Shown here: piece after piece, positions 8,492 through 16,464 of the stretch
Layout of the letters: every line of letters starts with the position of its first letter
Numbering within the stretch: the stretch's first letter is position 1
DNA from: Acutalibacteraceae bacterium
GTDB lineage: Bacteria > Bacillota > Clostridia > Oscillospirales > Acutalibacteraceae
DNA length: 42,769 bases
Assembly (NCBI GenBank): GCA_045536645.1
Contig: JAZSNZ010000132.1
Coordinates: 1 to 42,769, forward strand
Reading direction: 5' to 3'
Made by a program: the position numbers and the translations under genes
Notes under the pieces: model-generated
What the model saw: the letters and a program-made list of their open reading frames with translations, nothing else
Database searches by the model: none
What the model was told of the DNA's origin: nothing

Positions 8492-9973
8492 ATGAAAGCG
8501 GATAAAAAATCCATTGGCGGTGCAGTGCTTTCGGCTTTTGCACCTTTGTGGCTGTTTGCCGCACTGGTGATGGTTTACGCGCTGTCACTGTGGGCACTGT
8601 CCATATCCGAAGCAGCAGCCATAGTCTGTTCCCTTGTTCCCTTTGGGATAAGCCTTGGCGTCTGTATTTATAAAAAGATAAAAAACGCTCTCACAGCAGA
8701 GTATCTTACAGCGGCCGTATTTTTGCTTTCCATCGGAGCATATGTGATATATATCCTTGCGACCTCATGGAATGAGCGCCAGCACGATGTTTTTGTTTTT
8801 GACACACAGGGACATGCAGGGTATATATACACCATGATGAAAACGGGGAAGCTTCCCGAAACAAACACAGGTCTTTTCTATCATCCCCCTCTGCACCCGT
8901 ACCTTATGGGTGCGGCAGGAAGGATTTTTTCACAGGCAATAAATACAATGGAGCAGGTCTTTGAGGCACTGCAGCTTCTCACCGCATATTATTCGCTGCT
9001 GTGCGGCTATGTATTCCTTAAAATACTTGATATTCTCAATATCCGAGAAAATTCGAAGCTGCTGTTTTTCGCCATTTTTTCCCTGCACCCGTCGCTTATT
9101 GTTTTTTCGGGCAGTATAAATAACGATATCCTCTGCCTACTGCTCAGTATGTGTGCAGTGCTGTATCTTATGCGTTTTTACAAAGAGCAGAGCATTCGGA
9201 ACGCCCTGGCGATGGCGGTTTTCTTAGGCCTTGCCATGATGACGAAGCTGTCGGCTGTGACCATAGCACCAGTGATAGCGGTGGTGTTTGTTTACCGCCT
9301 TGTAAGGCCGTCAGAAGGCAGAACGCGCAAAAGTGTTTTTATAAATGAGCTGTGCTTTGGCGCAGTGAGCATTCCCATCGGAATGTGGTATCCAATACGA
9401 AATCTTATTAAATTTAACCAGCCCATTGGCTATGTTATGCCCATCGGCACAGACCACGCCCTTTACTGCGGCGACAAAAGCTTTTTTGAGCGCTTCATAG
9501 CCGTTCCTATAGCGCAGATATTTGAAAATTCCTACTGCATACCGGAGGACGATTACAATATCCCTCTGTACTTAGTCAGATGCTCGGTGTTCGGAGAATA
9601 CAGCTTTGATTTTCCGAAATGGGCGGCAACGGCATTGCTTGCAGTAAATTGCATGCTTATTATATTCTGTGTTTTTGCAGCGGTTTATACCGTAAGAAAT
9701 AAGAGCAGAAATGCAATTGTACTCACCGCAGTAAGCGTTGTGACCATGCTGTTTTTTGCATGGTTCAATATTAAGTATCCCAACGGTTGTTCAATGGATT
9801 TCAGATATATTTCCCTTTGCCTTCCATGCGCTCTTGGTGTGTCGGCAGTGTGCTTTGACGGCCTGACCGAAGGGCTCAGCAAAAAAGGGAAAATTATTTC
9901 TGCAACACCCCTTGTGCTGTTTTCGGCACTTACACTTTGTCTCTACATGAGTGAAAAACTCTTCAGTATATGA
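8492..9973 (+). CDS. GT-C fold membrane glycosyltransferase (GT39/PMT_2/ArnT-like)
   Basis: Polytopic membrane protein. The first extracytoplasmic loop carries acidic residues (NERQHDVFVFD) followed by GHAGYIY...GKLPE...YHPPLHPY, which resembles the PMT_2/ArnT signature. ATG 8492 is preferred (GGAGG 9 nt upstream) over ATG 8486 (3 nt). Confidence 0.75.
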   Translation: MKADKKSIGGAVLSAFAPLWLFAALVMVYALSLWALSISEAAAIVCSLVPFGISLGVCIYKKIKNALTAEYLTAAVFLLSIGAYVIYILATSWNERQHDVFVFDTQGHAGYIYTMMKTGKLPETNTGLFYHPPLHPYLMGAAGRIFSQAINTMEQVFEALQLLTAYYSLLCGYVFLKILDILNIRENSKLLFFAIFSLHPSLIVFSGSINNDILCLLLSMCAVLYLMRFYKEQSIRNALAMAVFLGLAMMTKLSAVTIAPVIAVVFVYRLVRPSEGRTRKSVFINELCFGAVSIPIGMWYPIRNLIKFNQPIGYVMPIGTDHALYCGDKSFFERFIAVPIAQIFENSYCIPEDDYNIPLYLVRCSVFGEYSFDFPKWAATALLAVNCMLIIFCVFAAVYTVRNKSRNAIVLTAVSVVTMLFFAWFNIKYPNGCSMDFRYISLCLPCALGVSAVCFDGLTEGLSKKGKIISATPLVLFSALTLCLYMSEKLFSI

Positions 9974-9994
9974 TTTGAAAGGATTGTTAGGAAA

Positions 9995-10858
9995 ATGGCT
10001 GAAAAAATCAAACTTATTGCTGACAGTATTGTTGACCTGTCTCCCGAGCTTATCAAGAAATATGACATCGAGATCCGTCCTCACGCTGTCAACCTTGGTA
10101 ATGAAACACTTCTCGATACTGTAACAGTTACCCCCGAGGATTGTTTTGCATACCATGAGAAGACAGGCGATCTTGCAAAGACCGCTGCAGCCTCTCCCCA
10201 GGAATACAAGGAGCTTTTCGAAAAGTGGACCAGTCAGGGCTACTCTGTTATAGCATTTGCAGTAAGCTCTGCCATGTCTGCAGGCTATTCCTCCATCAGA
10301 CTTGCAGCAGAAGAGCTTGAAAATGTTTACTGCGTGGATTCTGCAAACCTTTCAACAGGTGTCGGTCTCCAGGTTCTCGAAGCTGCTGATATGATCGCAG
10401 AGGGCAAGAGCGCAAAGGAAATAGTCGAGCATCTTGAGAACCTCGTTCCCAGAGTGGACGCAAGCTTCGTTCTTGATACCCTCCACTATCTGTGGAAGGG
10501 CGGACGCTGCTCAGGCGTTGCAGCTCTTGGCGCAAACCTTCTCAAGCTTCGTCCCTGCATCGAGGTAAAGGGCGGCTCCATGGGCGTTGGCAAGAAGTAC
10601 AGAGGCAAGAGAATGCCCAGCGTCCTCTCCTATGTTGAGGACAGACTCAAGGATACTGACGACATTGAGACAAAGCGCATATTCATCACCCATTCCGGCG
10701 GCTTTACCGACGAAGAGATCGATCAGGTAAAGGCAAAGATCAATGAATTTAAGAAGTTCGACGAGATCAATGTCACTCGTGCAGGCGTTACCATCTCCTG
10801 CCACTGCGGCCCCAAGTGCCTCGGTATTCTTTACATCCGCAAGACCCCGAAAGCATAA
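9995..10858 (+). CDS. DegV-family fatty-acid-binding protein
   Basis: The N-terminus KIKLIADSIVDLSPELIKKYDIEIRPHAVNLG and the length of about 285 aa are typical of DegV/EDD-fold proteins. Confidence 0.85.
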   Translation: MAEKIKLIADSIVDLSPELIKKYDIEIRPHAVNLGNETLLDTVTVTPEDCFAYHEKTGDLAKTAAASPQEYKELFEKWTSQGYSVIAFAVSSAMSAGYSSIRLAAEELENVYCVDSANLSTGVGLQVLEAADMIAEGKSAKEIVEHLENLVPRVDASFVLDTLHYLWKGGRCSGVAALGANLLKLRPCIEVKGGSMGVGKKYRGKRMPSVLSYVEDRLKDTDDIETKRIFITHSGGFTDEEIDQVKAKINEFKKFDEINVTRAGVTISCHCGPKCLGILYIRKTPKA

Positions 10859-10870
10859 TAAAGAAATACA

Positions 10871-10894
10871 ACACCGCAGATCATTCTGCGGTGT
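10871..10894 (+). terminator. Putative terminator hairpin after degV
   Basis: A 10-bp stem acaccgcaga/tctgcggtgt with a 4-nt loop. The downstream T-tract is weak (tgatgctttgtg). Confidence 0.5.
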
Positions 10895-10922
10895 TGATGC
10901 TTTGTGAAGAACGGAATAGCTA

Positions 10923-10951
10923 TTGCCAACAGGGAAAGTTTATAGTAAAAT
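10923..10951 (+). promoter_or_regulatory. sigma-A-like promoter (TTGCCA-17-TAAAAT) of the DUF5685/J-protein operon
   Basis: TTGCCA at 10923-10928, a 17-nt spacer, TAAAAT at 10946-10951. Confidence 0.5.
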
Positions 10952-10974
10952 ACACCTCAATGGGGGTATGATGT

Positions 10975-11787
10975 TTGTTTGGTTATGTTACGGCAAATTC
11001 CTGCAGGCTGACGCAGGAGCAGAGTGCGGATTACAAAGGAAGCTACTGTGCTGTCTGCAAGGCAATAGGCGATGATTACGGGCAGCTTTGCAGGCTGACA
11101 CTGACCTACGACATGACCTTTCTTTCCCTGCTTTTGGAGGGAGTATACTCACTTTCAAAGGAAAAACAGGAGATTCGATGCCCTGCACACCCTTTTAAAA
11201 AATGCAGTATAAGAAAAAGCGAAGCTTCCAATTACGCAGGTGCAATGAACGTACTGCTTGCTTATTACAATCTGCTTGACAACTGGTCTGATGACAGAAG
11301 CCTTCCTTCGCTGACCTTTGCAAAAATGATAAAAAGGAAGAAACGAAGAGTCGAAAAGCAGTACCCAAGGCAAAGCCAAGCAATAAAGGAATGCCTTAAA
11401 AGACTTTCCGAAACAGAGAAAGCAGGAGTTCTCAACCCGGATATTCCGTCAGCCATATTCGGCGAGCTTATGGGCGAGCTGTTTGTGTGGAAAGAGGACG
11501 AAAATGCAGAGATCCTCAGAGTATTTGGCAGAACACTGGGCAGATTTATCTATATAATGGACGCCTGCCTTGATTTTAAGTCAGATATTAAAAAGAAAAA
11601 ATACAACCCCATGGTGCAGTTTGCATCAAGTGATTTTGAGCCGACATTGCTTCTGCTTATGGGAGAATGCTCAGAAGCATTCGAAAATTTGAATATCAAT
11701 GAAAACAAAGACCTGCTCGAGAATATAATATACTCAGGCGTGTGGACGCGCTGGGAGCAGGCGAAAGGAAAGGAGGAGCGCAGGTGA
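10975..11787 (+). CDS. DUF5685-like Cys-rich protein (uncharacterised family)
   Basis: TTG start with GGGGG 8 nt upstream. The N-terminus [55 protein letters not shown] matches my recollection of the DUF5685 N-terminal signature. It also carries [10 protein letters not shown]. Confidence 0.7.
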   Translation: MFGYVTANSCRLTQEQSADYKGSYCAVCKAIGDDYGQLCRLTLTYDMTFLSLLLEGVYSLSKEKQEIRCPAHPFKKCSIRKSEASNYAGAMNVLLAYYNLLDNWSDDRSLPSLTFAKMIKRKKRRVEKQYPRQSQAIKECLKRLSETEKAGVLNPDIPSAIFGELMGELFVWKEDENAEILRVFGRTLGRFIYIMDACLDFKSDIKKKKYNPMVQFASSDFEPTLLLLMGECSEAFENLNINENKDLLENIIYSGVWTRWEQAKGKEERR

Positions 11788-12482
11788 GTGACCCATACAA
11801 GGTACTGGGAGTATCTCCCGGGGCCAGTGAGGCGGAAATTACCAAGGCATACCGCAAGCTTGCAAAGAAATATCATCCGGATTTAAATCCCGGGGACGAG
11901 ACAGCGGCAGCTAAAATGAGCGAGATAAACGCCGCTTATGACAAGCTCAAAAACGGTGATACCTCATCGAGCGGCACAGGCTACAGCAGTACGGGCTACA
12001 GTGGCAGTACAGGCGGATATAATCCCTACGGCGGCAGCTACAACCCCTTTGAGGGCTTTGGCGGCTTTGGCGGATACGGACAGCAGAGCTCATCACAGAG
12101 AAGCTATACCGAAATGGATTCGGTGCGTGCATATCTTCGTGCGAGCCAGTATGCACAGGCTCTTCACGTGCTTTCCGAAATAACCGACCGAAACGCAGAG
12201 TGGTATTATTACAGTGCCATTGCAAATTACGGTGCAGGCAACACCATAACCGCAAGAAACCACGCACAGACAGCAGTGAATATGGACCCCGGTAATCAGG
12301 AATACCGCAGACTGCAGGCAATAATCGAGCGTGGCGGTCATGTATACAGTCAGCAGAGCCAGTCTTTCGGACTGCCCAATGCATACTGCAATAACGTCTG
12401 TTGTTCAGCCTGCCTCTCTCAGATATGCTGCTATGCCATGAACAGTGGCTGCTGTTACGGATACGGCAGACCGTTTTGCTGA
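11784..12482 (+). CDS. J-domain protein with a G/S/Y-rich linker, TPR-like region and C-terminal cysteine string
   Basis: GTG start at 11784 in a GTGA overlap with the upstream stop, with AGGAGGAG upstream. J-domain [36 protein letters not shown] includes the HPD motif. The ORF-track 11742 start is a spurious extension. Confidence 0.85.
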   Translation: MSDPYKVLGVSPGASEAEITKAYRKLAKKYHPDLNPGDETAAAKMSEINAAYDKLKNGDTSSSGTGYSSTGYSGSTGGYNPYGGSYNPFEGFGGFGGYGQQSSSQRSYTEMDSVRAYLRASQYAQALHVLSEITDRNAEWYYYSAIANYGAGNTITARNHAQTAVNMDPGNQEYRRLQAIIERGGHVYSQQSQSFGLPNAYCNNVCCSACLSQICCYAMNSGCCYGYGRPFC

Positions 12483-12496
12483 AAGGAGTAAAGCAA

Positions 12497-12889
12497 ATGG
12501 ATAAAATACAGAGGTTCTTCTACGGACGAAACGGTCTTGACCAACTCAATATTTTCCTTTTCGTTCTTTATTTCATATTCTTTATCGTAACAATCTTCCT
12601 GCCCTGGATGGTTTTCTACATTCTTATGGTGGCAATTCTTGTGCTGATGGTATGGAGGACACTTTCCAGAAATATTTCACAGAGACAAAAAGAGAATGCG
12701 GTGTTTTTGGTAATCTGGAACCCTGTGGCACAGTTTTTCAAACTGCCTTTTCTTAGGTTTCGCGACAGAAAAACGCATAAGTACGTAAAATGCCCTGCCT
12801 GCAGAAAGTACATGAGAGTAAAGAAGGGCAAGGGTGAAAGAGAGATAAACTGTCCTCTGTGCAGCAACAGATTCAAGGTGAATTCATAG
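12497..12889 (+). CDS. Small membrane protein with a C-terminal zinc ribbon
   Basis: ATG 12497 with AAAGGAG 8 nt upstream. Two predicted TM helices (LNIFLFVLYFIFFIVTIF, MVFYILMVAILVLMVW). The C-terminus reads CPAC-x16-CPLC. Confidence 0.65.
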   Translation: MDKIQRFFYGRNGLDQLNIFLFVLYFIFFIVTIFLPWMVFYILMVAILVLMVWRTLSRNISQRQKENAVFLVIWNPVAQFFKLPFLRFRDRKTHKYVKCPACRKYMRVKKGKGEREINCPLCSNRFKVNS

Positions 12890-12890
12890 T

Positions 12891-12922
12891 AAAAAAGACG
12901 GTGGAAAAACCACCGTCTTTTG
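12891..12922. terminator. Bidirectional Rho-independent terminator between convergent operons
   Basis: An 11-bp stem aaagacggtgg/ccaccgtcttt with an aaaaa loop. An A-run lies upstream and a T-run downstream. Confidence 0.75.
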
Positions 12923-12936
12923 TTATATGCAGATCA

Positions 12937-13632
12937 TTACTCAGCATAGTCGCCGTTGTAATTTACCAGAACAACGCTGTCAACGCCTGAGATAGAGCTG
13001 ATGCCCTCCACGAGGTTTCTCTGGACATTTCTGCCGGAGATCTCGATGATGACTTCTGCAACCCCCTTGCGGATGGTCTTGTTCTTCACATTTCCGTGAA
13101 CAGACTCAATAACCTTGTCGATTTTGGGGCCTGCACCGGGAACATACTTGATGATAAGCAGGTAAGCGCCGTCCTTGCTTCTGAAAATAAGAGAGACGAA
13201 GCAAAGCAAGGCGATGAGAGCAGTGGAGATAAGTGCGAAAGTAAACTGGTGAGCACCTACAACAATGCCGATGGTTATCGCCCAGAACAGGAACATAATA
13301 TCAACAGGGTCTTTGATTGCTGTTCTGAAACGGACAATGGACAGAGCACCGACCATACCGAGTGAAAGAACAACATTTGAGCTGATGGTAAGAATGATGG
13401 CGCAGGTGATGACAGCCATCATAACAAGGGAAACGTTGAAGCTGAAGCTGTAAACAGCACCGCGGTAGCAGATCTTGTATACTGCGAATATCACAAGACC
13501 AAGCAGCAGGGAAAACAGCAGAGCAGCAACGGCGCTGCCGATATCCAGCTGATTCTCGGTAAACTGGCTGATAAACTTATTCTTGAAAATGTCACTGAAA
13601 TTTGACTGGTCTGACTGTAAAAACAGATTCAT
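12937..13632 (-). CDS. DUF4956-family integral membrane protein
   Basis: Start re-called to ATG 13630-13632, with AGGAGGGA 8 nt upstream. Multi-TM protein carrying the family hallmark GALSIVRFRTAIKDPVDIMFLFW. Confidence 0.75.
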   Translation of the reverse strand: MNLFLQSDQSNFSDIFKNKFISQFTENQLDIGSAVAALLFSLLLGLVIFAVYKICYRGAVYSFSFNVSLVMMAVITCAIILTISSNVVLSLGMVGALSIVRFRTAIKDPVDIMFLFWAITIGIVVGAHQFTFALISTALIALLCFVSLIFRSKDGAYLLIIKYVPGAGPKIDKVIESVHGNVKNKTIRKGVAEVIIEISGRNVQRNLVEGISSISGVDSVVLVNYNGDYAE

Positions 13633-14353
13633 AAGGAATCTCCCTCCTGTAGTATAATTCCTTTGCCTTACGGCAGAGCACATATTTTGAGATAGCCATA
13701 GGACGCTTGTCTACCCTTTTCAATTCATTGCGAATGAATGAAGGGAGAAAATCGTCGTATTTGACCTCAAGGACGAGTGTGCCCGGCTCCAGAGTCGGTA
13801 CAGTAATTACCCCTTCATCAAAGATATCGAAGCTGTCAATGCCGGCTCGTATGTCCATATCAAAGGTAATACGTACATTACCCGATTCACATACATAAGC
13901 CTCTCTCTCGTAATCAACAATAACGCGAGGCTTGAGCAGTGAGCATTTTGCGTCGATATACCCTGCTCGCAGAGTAGAATGCTCGGAGTCGATCATGAAA
14001 TCATAATTGGTATTTATCATACAATTGCACTGACTGCGAGTGACAGGAGCGGAAATCTTTGAAATATAATCGCCGAATTTATCCTTTATCTCATACTTGA
14101 TAACACTGTCAGAATAATTGTAGATACGAATGCGGTGTTTTCTTCTCCTGCCCAAACCGCTTTCCTTGCCGACATATGCTCCGTCGTGAATATCGTCGAA
14201 GTAAAGGCTTCGGATGGTGTATCCGTCCTCACCCGAATTTTCATCGGGCTCAAGGAGAGCGCAAAGGGAAGATTTCAGACTGTAATAATCCGCATATGTA
14301 ATCAGAAATTTAAGCTCATGCCGAAGAAAACGCGAATTGTGCTGCAACAGCAT
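13592..14353 (-). CDS. VTC-domain (polyphosphate-polymerase-like triphosphate tunnel) protein
   Basis: RHELKFLI...YTIRSLYFDD...RRRKHRIRIYNY...IKYEIKDK matches the VTC/CYTH-like beta-tunnel pattern of alternating basic and acidic strands. ATG 14353 is preferred over GTG 14356. Confidence 0.75.
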   Translation of the reverse strand: MLLQHNSRFLRHELKFLITYADYYSLKSSLCALLEPDENSGEDGYTIRSLYFDDIHDGAYVGKESGLGRRRKHRIRIYNYSDSVIKYEIKDKFGDYISKISAPVTRSQCNCMINTNYDFMIDSEHSTLRAGYIDAKCSLLKPRVIVDYEREAYVCESGNVRITFDMDIRAGIDSFDIFDEGVITVPTLEPGTLVLEVKYDDFLPSFIRNELKRVDKRPMAISKYVLCRKAKELYYRREIPYESVFTVRPVKFQ

Positions 14354-14382
14354 CACTTCCTCTTTTTGGGGATAACAGGTTA

Positions 14383-14955
14383 TCAGTCAGCGATAACCTC
14401 GCCATAAATAACACCTGCGCATGCAGCGGCGTTGGACTCATCGGTATCGATGTGCATAGCGGCTGCAAAGTTGGGATTAACTCTTACAACAACATCACCG
14501 AAGGTGGTGGTTCTGCCCTCGGTCTCTACCTTGACCTCTACGATCTGCTTGTCAGCAACGCCGAAAGCCTCAGCATCAGCAGGGGTGAAGTGGATATGGC
14601 GCTTTGCAGCGATAACGCCCTCGGTGAGCTCAACTTCGCCGCAGGGGCCAACCAGCTTGCAGCCGGGGGTGCCTGCTACATCGCCGGACTCGCGGATAGG
14701 GGCGATGATACCGATCTTACGTGCATCGGTGAGGGAAAGCTCAACCTGAGAAGCAGGTCTCTCGGGACCGAGGATGGAAACACCGGGAAGCTCACCCTTG
14801 GGGCCTACAACAGTAACTCTCTCTTCGCAGGCGAACTGGCCGGGCTGGGAAAGATCCTTCTTCTTTGTCAGCTGATGATCAGCACCAAAAAGAATAGCGA
14901 GGTGCTCCTTGGTGATATGAGCATGACGTGCAGAAGTTTCGACTAATACTTTCAT
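14383..14955 (-). CDS. pduL: Phosphate acyltransferase PduL (phosphate propanoyl/acetyl-transferase)
   Basis: 190 aa. The duplicated PduL half-domains are recognisable (VETSARHAHIT... and AAKRHIHFTPADAE...AAAMHIDTDE). Confidence 0.85.
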   Translation of the reverse strand: MKVLVETSARHAHITKEHLAILFGADHQLTKKKDLSQPGQFACEERVTVVGPKGELPGVSILGPERPASQVELSLTDARKIGIIAPIRESGDVAGTPGCKLVGPCGEVELTEGVIAAKRHIHFTPADAEAFGVADKQIVEVKVETEGRTTTFGDVVVRVNPNFAAAMHIDTDESNAAACAGVIYGEVIAD

Positions 14956-15073
14956 GTAAATATACCTCCGATAAAATGAGCAATATTTGATATAAACGGC
15001 ACAGGTTGCCCAAAGCCGAATTGCTACTTATAACATAATAACGCAAAAGTCGGAGAATTTCAATACATTTGTA

Positions 15074-15103
15074 TTGATTTTGCGACTGATAATCCAATAT
15101 AAT
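15074..15103 (+). promoter_or_regulatory. sigma-A-like promoter (TTGATT-18-TATAAT) for the UDG gene
   Basis: TTGATT at 15074-15079, an 18-nt spacer, TATAAT at 15098-15103. The -35 overlaps the palindrome CAATACAttTGTATTG (15061-15076). Confidence 0.45.
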
Positions 15104-15124
15104 GTTTTTGAAAGGAATGATAAC

Positions 15125-15727
15125 ATGAGCAAGAAGCTTTCGGTACTTTACGAAGAGTGCCTCAAGTGTGATAAATGTGAGCTGTGCAAAGGCAGGACAA
15201 ACCTTGTTTTCGGAGTGGGAAATCCTGATGCGAAGGTGCTTTTTATCGGTGAAGGCCCCGGAGAGCAGGAGGATTTAAAGGGCGAGCCTTTTGTAGGCAG
15301 AGCAGGAAAGTTGCTCGACCTTATGCTCGATGCGGTAGGCTTGAGCCGCGAAAAGAACATCTATATAGCCAATATAGTAAAATGCCGTCCGCCGAAAAAC
15401 CGTGATCCCGAGCCCTTTGAGCAGGAAAGCTGCATAGAGTGGCTGAGAGAGCAGGTAAGGATCATCAGACCTAAGATAATCGTGTGCCTGGGCAGAATAT
15501 CGGGCATGAAGATAATGGACCCGAACATGAAGATAACAAAGGATCACGGCAATTTTATAGAAAAGAACGGCGTGCTTATGATGGCAACACTGCACCCTGC
15601 GGCACTTCTGCGCGATCCGAGACGTAAGCCCGAGGCCTTTGAGGACTTTTTAAAGCTTAGAGATAAGATAACCGAAGTGTGTCCTGAAACATGGGATATG
15701 GAGATGCCGACAGATGACAGTAATTGA
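15125..15727 (+). CDS. Family-4 uracil-DNA glycosylase (4Fe-4S type)
   Basis: Start re-called to ATG 15125. Motifs CLKCDKCELC, LFIGEGPGEQED and FVGRAGKLLD. The HPAALLR-type C-terminal motif is also present. Confidence 0.85.
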   Translation: MSKKLSVLYEECLKCDKCELCKGRTNLVFGVGNPDAKVLFIGEGPGEQEDLKGEPFVGRAGKLLDLMLDAVGLSREKNIYIANIVKCRPPKNRDPEPFEQESCIEWLREQVRIIRPKIIVCLGRISGMKIMDPNMKITKDHGNFIEKNGVLMMATLHPAALLRDPRRKPEAFEDFLKLRDKITEVCPETWDMEMPTDDSN

Positions 15728-16433
15728 CGGTAACTGGGTGCCTCAGGGAATGAGCGATGAGGAAGCCATAGTAAAAACTCCCGAACAGCTTGAATGCTAT
15801 ATAAACGAAGTGGGCTTTCTGCCGCTTTTTGGCGCAGAGGGTACGCCCGATTTTTCCGCAGAGGCGATAAGCCCCAATGACCACTGGTGGACAGGGGACA
15901 GCCTTGATGTCTGGGAATGGCGTGCCACTCTCGCCGCAAGAGGAAATGTTGCCTACGGCAAATTCTTTGGAAATAAATCGGGCTTTATCTCAAAGGAATG
16001 GTTTCCCGTTTTTGCTGCTTACCGCCGTGACGGGTATGATTTTGATGCCAGATGGGAGGATTCCCTCGCCACGCTCAGACAGAAGAAGATCATCGACACT
16101 CTGGAAAAATACGGACAGCTGATGTCCAATGAGCTTAAATCCCTTGCAGGCTTTGGAAAAGGCGGAGAAAAGGGTTTTTCAACCGTCACGGCTCAGCTTG
16201 AAATGCAGACTTATATTGTCACCCGAGGCTTTGAAAAGAGGATAAACAAAAAAGGCGAGCGATACGGCTGGGCTGTGGGCGTGTATTCCCTTGCAGAGGA
16301 GCTATTCTCCCATGAGCACATCGCCTCCTGTTATTCAATGAGTGCATCGGAAGCCTTTGAAAAGATCATGGCGCAGGCGGTAAAAATCGCTCCGAAAAGC
16401 GATATAAAAGCACTTAGAAAGCAGTTGAAATAA
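15714..16433 (+). CDS. AlkZ-related / winged-helix DNA-glycosylase-like protein (tentative)
   Basis: Overlaps the UDG stop by 14 nt. The segment GFLPLF...HWWTGDSLDVWEWR...GKFFGNKSGFISKEWFPVFAAYRRDGYDFD resembles proteins I recall being annotated as AlkZ-related. A profile search is needed. Confidence 0.5.
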   Translation: MTVIDGNWVPQGMSDEEAIVKTPEQLECYINEVGFLPLFGAEGTPDFSAEAISPNDHWWTGDSLDVWEWRATLAARGNVAYGKFFGNKSGFISKEWFPVFAAYRRDGYDFDARWEDSLATLRQKKIIDTLEKYGQLMSNELKSLAGFGKGGEKGFSTVTAQLEMQTYIVTRGFEKRINKKGERYGWAVGVYSLAEELFSHEHIASCYSMSASEAFEKIMAQAVKIAPKSDIKALRKQLK

Positions 16434-16464
16434 ACTGTAGAAAAACTTACAGGGAGGAGTTTTC

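Noticed and set aside
11742-15124. 5' extensions of ORF-track entries 11742 (J-protein), 12401 (zinc-ribbon protein), 13683 (DUF4956) and 15074 (UDG)
   Set aside because: Each extension overlaps the upstream gene or non-coding DNA and lacks an SD. Internal starts have canonical SD spacing and reproduce the family-typical N-termini. The same reasoning applies to 29518 (rpsT), 33874 (murA), 2075 (secreted protein), 25449 (DUF1015), 28146 (MBL) and 20652 (ABC).
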